Assembly (NCBI RefSeq): GCF_006345805.1
Contig: NW_021825225.1
Coordinates: 1-16,290, forward strand
DNA from: Octopus sinensis
Taxonomy: Eukaryota
DNA length: 16,290 nucleotides
Reading direction: 5' to 3'
Shown: in pieces, positions 9,431 to 16,290 of the stretch
Layout of the letters: each line of letters opens with the position of its first letter
How positions within the stretch are numbered: position 1 is the first letter of the stretch
The notes under the pieces: model-generated
Seen by the model: the letters and a program-made list of their open reading frames with translations, nothing else
Database searches by the model: none
What the model was told of the DNA's origin: nothing
Program-made: the position numbers and the translations under genes

Positions 9431-9702
9431 GTTAGTTAATAAATACATGTTATATACACTCTCCAGTATTATATTGATATGTATAATATAAATATTACCA
9501 ATGTACCAGTGAAATAATGGAGATAGATTTAATCACATGTACTACAAAAGCCTTGTGTTTGTGGAGGAATTTTATATTGATCATGTTGATGTTGATATTA
9601 GCGGTGTGGACAGTCCAACTGACCACCACCACTGATAATAATATCTTTAATGGTCAAATGAAACAAGGTCATTATGAGATGAACCAAAATATAACAGATA
9701 TC

Positions 9703-9745
<43 letters not shown>

Positions 9746-9754
9746 TTGTTTTAG

Positions 9755-10050
9755 ACATTTGCCTGCGGCCATGCTGGGGCATCATCGAATTTTTAGCCAA
9801 ATACATCGATCCCAGTACTTTTTTTTTATTTTAAGCATATCACTTATCCTCTCAGCCTCTTTGCTGAACCACTACACACACACGCACACACACACACACA
9901 CACACCCATGCACACATACATAGGCACACACATAGATTTTGTTCAGCCCAAGGCAAGAGTAGAATATACTTGCCTGAGTTTCCATGCAGAGTGATTCAAC
10001 GTAGAACCGTGTATGGTTGGGAAAAAAGCTCCTTTCACTACAACCATATA
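9755..10050 (-). mobile_element. Near-complete decayed SINE: tRNA-like head, internal (CA/TG)n microsatellite, tail
   Basis: Head ~10048-9945 is homologous to 4728-4779. Microsatellite at 9875-9935. Tail 9874-9761 (GCCTGCGGCCATGCTGGGGC...ATCGATCCCAGTAC...GCTGAACCACTA) is the inverted homolog of ~7805-7900. Confidence 0.72.
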
Positions 10051-10060
10051 TGGATGTGTG

Positions 10061-10116
10061 TCTATCTATTTCTTTCTATCTATCTATCTATCTATCTATC
10101 TGTCTATCTATCTATC

Positions 10117-10149
<33 letters not shown>

Positions 10150-10268
10150 ATATCTATCTATCTATCTGTCTGTCTGTCTGTCTAACTGTCTGTCTGTCTG
10201 TCTGTCTCTCTATATCTCTTCTTGTCTATGTATGTAAGTATGTATGTATCTATCTATCTATCTGTCTG
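10061..10268. repeat. Compound (TATC)n/(TGTC)n/(TATG)n tetranucleotide microsatellite
   Basis: Direct reading of the sequence; it is the source of the LSIY-repeat ORFs. Confidence 0.92.
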
Positions 10269-10590
10269 ATAAATTCTTTTACATGTCTGCATTAGTGTAT
10301 AGGTTATAAATCATACAGTGCCATCGTACAATTTACAAAGTAAAACAGGTATAAATGACAAGCACCTCAGTTCATAGAATATCATGTTTACATCCATTCT
10401 TCAATGCAATATACATATACAAGAACAGAATTTTACTTTCAAAATATTAATGTATGGAAGACAATAATTTACAAAACAGTTTTTTATGGAAGAGAGAAGG
10501 AGATTTAGTAAGATATCAAAAAGGAAGCAGTAAATATACATACATGCATATACACTTATATATATATACATATACATATATATGTTTATT

Positions 10591-11107
10591 AAAAATTGGG
10601 GTGGTTTATGGGATTACCCTGGGTTTCCCATTCATAAAGGGTTTAGCTTTGTACCGTATCGTAAGACCCCAAAACCTGTTGGCCTAAGACCTCTTCAAAA
10701 TATGGAAGGGAAAAAGCCAGGGATTTAATTTTTCTGCAAACGATCCTTTTCAGCTCCCTAGCAAGAGATTATCCCAGTGACCATGTGGTTTCTGTTAAAT
10801 AGCTCACCATTGAAGCGTTTCTACATATTCACTGAAACCACGGGTCTCCCATAAATATGAAAGAATTTGACCTCGGATACTCCAGCAATAACATCCCCAC
10901 GTCATCCAACGAACTATACACCCGTATGCAGCTGGAAAAGCTATTGGACGTGATTAGGCGTATGAGGTGAAGGGCTTTTCCAACCTCCATATTTGGAAGA
11001 GGTCTTAGGCCAACAGGTTTTGGGGTCTAATGATACGCCATGGAGCTAAATCCTTTTTGGACCGGAAACCAAGGGTAATCCCGGAAACCGGCCTTCCCCA
11101 GTTTTAA
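10591..11107. mobile_element. Foldback/MITE-like element with ~130-bp imperfect terminal inverted repeats
   Basis: ~10591-10718 is the inverted copy of ~10973-11107. It includes a perfect 33-bp match: AGACCCCAAAACCTGTTGGCCTAAGACCTCTTC (10664-10696) vs 10996-11028. The ends fall in TTAAAA-rich sequence, so exact termini and TSD are ambiguous. Confidence 0.8.
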
Positions 11108-11274
11108 AATATACACTGCTCTGCATCTTAGAGTGTGCTTCTTCTCCGGATTTATCTTTCTACAATCAAAACATATATATACATAGATATGTCATTATTC
11201 AGTTTATTTCAAGATACTTTATTTTTCACTTTATGTCAACATCCGCTGCACAGCTAAACTATGCACAGTTTCTC

Positions 11275-11343
11275 TATGTATGTATGTATGTATGTATGTA
11301 TGTATGTATGTATGTATGTATGTATGTATGTATGTATGTATGT
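11275..11343. repeat. (TATG)n microsatellite
   Basis: Perfect TATG run of about 17 units. Confidence 0.95.
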
Positions 11344-11809
11344 CTGCACGCACACACTCACACACGTTGTGATATAATTGCCACTTAGTCTACCTCAGGA
11401 ATTTCACGGTTTTTTGAGTTTTATTACAAATGGGGGATTGGGAAATGGAGTATTGACCCATTTTGCATTGGACACTTGTGGGTTGGATACTGTATAATTG
11501 GATGTATTGCATCCTCCGGTGCAGATGCATCTTATCTGGTGTCTTGTTTTACAGAAGAAACCTCACTAAATATTCTCGGTTTCGCTTGACATGTTGTTGC
11601 CAGGAGGTTGTTGGCTATAATGCTATAATCCAAGAAACTACTGACAACAACAACATACCAAGCGACACCGAGAACTCCCCCACCCGCAAGGAATCGATGC
11701 AACATGGGTCAAACCAATCGTTGTGATGAATAAAGTTTCTCGTGAACTTCATTTTACATATTCCTCATTCAACATTTATATTTATATATCCAACAGTAAT
11801 GTATATAAA

Positions 11810-11815
11810 TCTCTC

Positions 11816-11886
<71 letters not shown>
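11810..11886. repeat. (CT)n(TA)n compound microsatellite
   Basis: Direct reading of the sequence. Confidence 0.92.
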
Positions 11887-11892
<6 letters not shown>

Positions 11893-12360
11893 TTGAGTGT
11901 GTCTCTGTGTATGTGTGTGTGCAAGCGCATTAATTTCCAGAGGGAGTCTTTACCTACGTCTACCACCACCACCACCACCACGTTTTAACCACCTCAACAG
12001 TTTTATGAACCTCTTATTAATTATAGCAACATCAAAAGTATACTTTAGAAATTTCAATTCTTCTTTACTAGTCTTGATCTGTTAATCATGTGTTCACTCG
12101 TGTTCAGCTCCCCTAAAACTTACTATAGTTAGGAATACAGGTAGATTAAGCTGAAACAATCTATTTAGGACATCTTTATCCTGTCTAGAACACATTCTCA
12201 TAGCAACATCTAGAGGATCTTACGAAGGTTGATTTTTCGGACAAACATCAAATGTACATGATCAGTTTGATCAAGTATACAGTAGAAGACAATATTGACA
12301 CATTGATATCCATCCTGATTTTCATGTAAATTTTCATTTTCTATTTTTACTTCCACAAAG

Positions 12361-12570
12361 GGTTCACTTCAGTTGGACATTAAGAACAAAATGGAAAGGA
12401 CACCATTGCTTGAAGCCGTTTCCCGGGGTCACCTCGGAATGACACAAAAGTTAATAGCTCTGGGTGCAAATGTAAATGCTGTTGATGGTGAAGGTAACAG
12501 CTGTTTGCACCTAGCCATGGCAACAAAAGTGTTTAATTCCGAGGATGCACCCTTGGATTTACTAAACGAA
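12361..12570 (+). CDS. Ankyrin-repeat protein, coding exon E
   Basis: Pyrimidine tract then ttccacaaAG (12359-12360); donor GAA|GTAAGT (12571). Reads GSLQLDIKNKMERTPLLEAVSRGHLGMTQKLIALGANVNAVDGEGNSCLHLAMATKVFNSEDAPLDLLNE. Phase 0/0. An in-frame alternative acceptor exists at 12372, but 12360 preserves the ankyrin spacing. Confidence 0.93.
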
Positions 12571-13176
12571 GTAAGTTTTTAAATTGTTTGCGTATATACA
12601 TGCGTGTGTGTCGGTGTGTGTGTGTGTGTGTGTGAATTTGTGTATTTGCGAGTCTTTGTGTGAGTGTGAGAGACAGACAGCCAAGCTTAGCTTGTCTTGT
12701 ATCAATTCTCCCCTATCAACCCCATCCTCCATTACCATTCCGTGATCCAGTCTCCCCTTGTGACCCGAGTGATATTATGTAACAAACAATATTCCATCTC
12801 CTTTCACTCTCAAAGATGTCGTCTCACCACGGTCGAGAGGTGACCCATCTCGGTTGTTGGCCATATAAACACAGCCATCACAATGTGACGGAGAAGTGGC
12901 CTATTTAATAGAGGAGATATTATTCTCAATTAACAATGATGCAGGATAGAAGAGATGTCTGAGCTTTATAATGCTGGTGCCATGGTAAATACATCCAGTC
13001 CATTCTATGAAGAATTCTGAGTGAAACTGCTCTCTATCCTACTTCTTGTACACTACATGAATCCACTGACTTCTTGTGGACATGTCATAACAATGTTCAA
13101 TGTTAAGACACTAGAGAATAAATACAATAAAGCATGGTCCTTAGTGAGATTTCCAGTATTTAAGTTCTGTACTTAG

Positions 13177-13177
<1 letters not shown>

Positions 13178-13234
<57 letters not shown>

Positions 13235-13274
13235 CACACACAAACACACACACTCACACAGACAAACACACACA
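13178..13274. repeat. (CA)n microsatellite
   Basis: Long CA run with a degenerate 3' end. Confidence 0.93.
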
Positions 13275-14164
13275 AGTAATGATTTTGAGTTTGAGTATAT
13301 ATCTTGTAAAATGCTGTTTAAAGCCCGTTTACTGTATTCGGCTATCTGATGTCATCAATAGTATGAACTTCAATACTACTGGACTTTTTGCTGTCATCTC
13401 ATAAATGAAGCAGTTTTTTATAATCCTTATATCTTTCTGTTAATCTAAAACATATTCTCCTTTATTTTCTACAATGCTCCTCCATCTATCTGGTAGACTT
13501 GCAAGTCGCCTCTTCCAAAATTCACTTGTCCGTGATTAAAAATACTCCTCCATTACTCTTCTGACTTGACACTAATTCCTGCTTCCTTTACTTTACCGTA
13601 ATCATTCAAAGATGCTTCTTGCTTAATCATGGAAACATTATTGATATGTTTGGTTATGTCTGTGTGGTATTGACTTTGTTATGTTATAGGTGTTTTTGTT
13701 TCTGATATAACTTATGTTCTTTCTTCTCATGTTGTGTTATATTTATATATACAATACTCTTTCTTATGGCCACATGGTCGCCTTTATCAAGCCAATTATA
13801 TAGATAGGTTCTTGTTGGTTTGTTCTTCCTATATTTGATTTTTCTATTGAATATATTGTGATATTTGTGATTGACAAGTAAATATTTACTCATTAATAAG
13901 CTTGATGTTAATCAATACGGTTTGTCCTGCTCAATGTAATGACAATATATTTAGAGGGTGTCTCAGTGTTGAAAATAAAGTAAAAACATGAAAATGGGAA
14001 ATGGACTCAATTAAAGATTATGTAGGAACTAAATACTTTGTAATTGCTTTAATTAGTGGATAAACAAGCTATGAGTAAATTTAGATGAACTTTTGTGTAA
14101 TTAGGGGCATTTGTTTTGAATATTTGTGTAATATTGTCATCATTTTATATTTCATCATTTGTAG

Positions 14165-14340
14165 TGCTGCACTGCCCTTAACCTGAAAATAGAGGAAAGG
14201 CTCTCTGGTACAGTGGTTGCGAGATATCTCGCCAGCCAGGGAGCGGACTTCCACCATAAAAACAACAAAAATAACACACCATTGGACCTCATTAAGGATC
14301 CAAATTTGAGAAGAAAATTAGAAACATGTTTACCACCACA
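14165..14340 (+). CDS. Ankyrin-repeat protein, coding exon F (Mind bomb-like terminal ankyrin; gene continues downstream)
   Basis: Acceptor ttcatcatttgtAG (14163-14164) and donor CA|GTAAGT (14341). Reads CCTALNLKIEERLSGTVVARYLASQGADFHHKNNKNNTPLDLIKDPNLRRKLETCLPP(Q/H). Phase 0 in matches exon E. It resembles the MIB1 segment [30 protein letters not shown] (recalled). Confidence 0.9.
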
Positions 14341-15161
14341 GTAAGTATTTCCTGGCAATGGAACAGATAAACCAGTACATTTTCTATTTTGTATATAATC
14401 ATGTTTATATGTTTTTTCGTTTTGATTCTACCAATACATTATACTGTCGCTAGTGTTTTTGTCAAAGGCCACACAATAAACAATATGCAGTTGTTAGGAG
14501 ATCAAAGAAAGAACACGATTTTGATTACATTCACATGATTCGTAATGTTGACATTTATACTTCACTGTCCATCACCACCTACCCCTCTTCATTCCCTATT
14601 TTAAAGATTTGTGATCAATAGGAAAATATAGATCTAAATAATGAAGTGAATGAATTCCATTTTGAGACTGTTACTTAGAAATAAGTGGAATTTATCTGTC
14701 TACCAACATCTTTTTCTCACTCTTCTATGTCCGAATCAGTCAATATTAAGAATGATTTCATAGAAAAATAACCTACAAACACACACCAACAGTGTATATA
14801 TTATATTTCTGCAAATACTGATGGAACATCGCCACATATCTTCATGGAAAAAAAAACCTGCCAGGAAACGTAAATAATTCAAGTAACACATATACCATTA
14901 CTAGGTGTTTTAGTCGCCCTTGACTCCCGTATTTTATAAGGTTTGGCAATTTCTTTGCCATACATCTCTCTGTATTAACTACTTAAGAAGCAGACACATT
15001 TCCCCCTCAGTGAATATACAAAACTTTCTTTGTCTGTTGAAATTCAGATATTGTTTATGGATATTGATTTTTGGACTGTATAAATATTGTTCTGCTTTAT
15101 TCAATTGACGAGCTTCAGAAGATTTTATTTGCTTTTACAAATAATCGTTTATGTGAATGTT

Positions 15162-15162
<1 letters not shown>

Positions 15163-15248
<86 letters not shown>
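15163..15248. repeat. (TAA)n microsatellite
   Basis: Perfect run of about 28 units. Confidence 0.95.
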
Positions 15249-15720
15249 TGTCTACAGAGCGCAGCTGATATTATTGGAAAGGGGCAAAATAAGGGAGAGA
15301 AAACTAGAACTACATGCACGATACATATAATAAAGCCTCCCAAAATCATGGTGGAAATTATCTCATCAGCATTGCCCAAATGATGTTGGCATCAGCTTTA
15401 AGATATACCCAAGGCCTGGGCCCCGTATTATCTGCCCACAGCATAAATCAAACTCGCATCACATAACAACAATACGGCAAAATTATTTCACCTCAAGTGG
15501 ACCCGCTCCATTTAGCATTACACCAAAATACATTAAAGCAGAAAAAGAGTATTTGGAAAAATCCTTCAAGAAATCCCGGATAAAACTCCAACACCAGTAT
15601 ATGTCCCCGTAAACAGCAACTCTCTCCTCGAGTGGGTCATGTTGTCCGCATCCTGATTCGCCCGGTAGTGGGATTTCGTTAAACATGACCTGCGCTAATA
15701 CTGGCCGAAACCTATCATGC

Positions 15721-16077
15721 ATACATACATATATAAAAGACCCCCTTCGGTCATGAGTGACCATGGGTTTGCACCTAGAGAGTTACCCTCTGAGGCACAA
15801 GTCTGGGCAAGGTTGTTTTTTTTATGGAAGACCAGTAGTCGCCCATGCATACCGGCCTCCCCTCTCCATGCCACCAGTGTTATCCAAGGGAAAGACAAAG
15901 GTCGATACAGCCTGGCACCTGTGACGTCGCAACTCATTACTACAGCTGAGTGAACTGGAGCAACGTGAAATAAAGTGTCTTGCTCAAGAACACAACACGC
16001 AGCCCGGTCCGGGATTCGAGCTCACAACCTCACGATCGTAAGCTCGACGCTCTAACCACTGAGCCATGCGCCTTCAC
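15721..16077 (-). mobile_element. Full-length tRNA-derived SINE (second family)
   Basis: The minus strand starts GTGAAGGCGCATGGCTCAGTGGTTAGAGCG... (A box TGGCTCAGTGG), then GAGCTCGAATCCC (B-box-like) and GTGTTCTTGAGCAAGACACTTT (conserved SINE-core-like). It ends in a TATATATGTATGTAT tail near 15721-15735. Confidence 0.85.
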
Positions 16078-16101
16078 ATAGCCATGCGCCTTCACCAGTA
16101 T

Positions 16102-16107
<6 letters not shown>

Positions 16108-16175
<68 letters not shown>
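16108..16175. repeat. (TA)n microsatellite
   Basis: Perfect TA run. Confidence 0.95.
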
Positions 16176-16178
<3 letters not shown>

Positions 16179-16185
16179 AGATATA

Positions 16186-16237
16186 TCATCATCATCATCG
16201 TTTATCATAGGTTTTCCGTGCTAGCACGGGTTGGACG
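16186..16237 (-). mobile_element. Probable 3' end fragment of a LINE/SINE with a (GAT)n tail
   Basis: (CAT)n followed by CGTTT...TTTCCGTGCTAGCACGGGTTGGACG, with a perfect 14-bp palindrome CCGTGCTAGCACGG (16216-16229) that could form a 3' stem-loop. The family resemblance is from memory only. Confidence 0.4.
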
Positions 16238-16290
16238 AAAATATATATGAGTAATATTTGTAGGCACGCCAACATGAGTATCTGTTCGAA

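Noticed and set aside
12373-12582. ORF-track start at TTG 12373 as a stand-alone gene
   Set aside because: It is an internal exon with splice sites on both sides. The start and stop are artefacts of unspliced translation.
12690-13010. Possible retroelement remnant in intron E-F
   Set aside because: Only a vague resemblance around TGCTGGTGCCA...CCAGTCCA. There is no second copy in the window and no termini, so I cannot support it.
14808-14850. C-K-Y-stop-W-N-I-A-T-Y-L-H as a decayed RING start
   Set aside because: No usable acceptor in phase, an in-frame stop, and no downstream RING cysteines.
15048-15108. Possible next exon after F (TTCAG acceptor at 15047, reads QYCLWILIFGLYKYCSALFN-stop)
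   Set aside because: Phase-compatible, but it has no CxxC/PCGH RING pattern and only an ordinary acceptor context. The true next exon is more likely outside the window.
15968-16077. Functional tRNA gene on the minus strand
   Set aside because: A and B boxes are present, but the sequence continues into a SINE body without a matching acceptor stem or poly-T terminator.
1-16290. CRISPR array or prokaryotic operon
   Set aside because: No constant-length repeat-spacer array or gene-dense organisation. The sequence is a spliced eukaryotic locus.

Overview
Eukaryotic, AT-rich, microsatellite-saturated genomic DNA. The SINE families look like Octopus/cephalopod repeats as I recall them; the species is inference, not verified. 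Six + strand coding exons (1622-1779, 3667-3814, 8275-8429, 9394-9430, 12361-12570, 14165-14340; 884 nt) splice with canonical GT-AG sites and matching phases into one stop-free ~294-aa ankyrin-repeat segment. It has about 7 full repeats plus a partial one, and its C-terminal part resembles the ankyrin block of Mind bomb (MIB1/MIB2) E3 ligases. Neither the start nor the end of the gene is in the window. The introns hold a full-length 1288-bp DD34D mariner with three frameshifts, a 510-bp MITE with 131-bp TIRs and an 8-bp TSD (Merlin-like), a second ~515-bp foldback element, several tRNA-derived SINE copies including a ~173-bp-period decayed array, a 1.6-kb purine tract, a 1.6-kb (GAT)n tract and many microsatellites. 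Most ORFs in the supplied track are low-complexity artefacts. I see no firm evidence of a wholly new biological system. The best leads are the divergent MIB-like gene, the two foldback elements, and splicing/dsRNA hypotheses created by the intronic elements.
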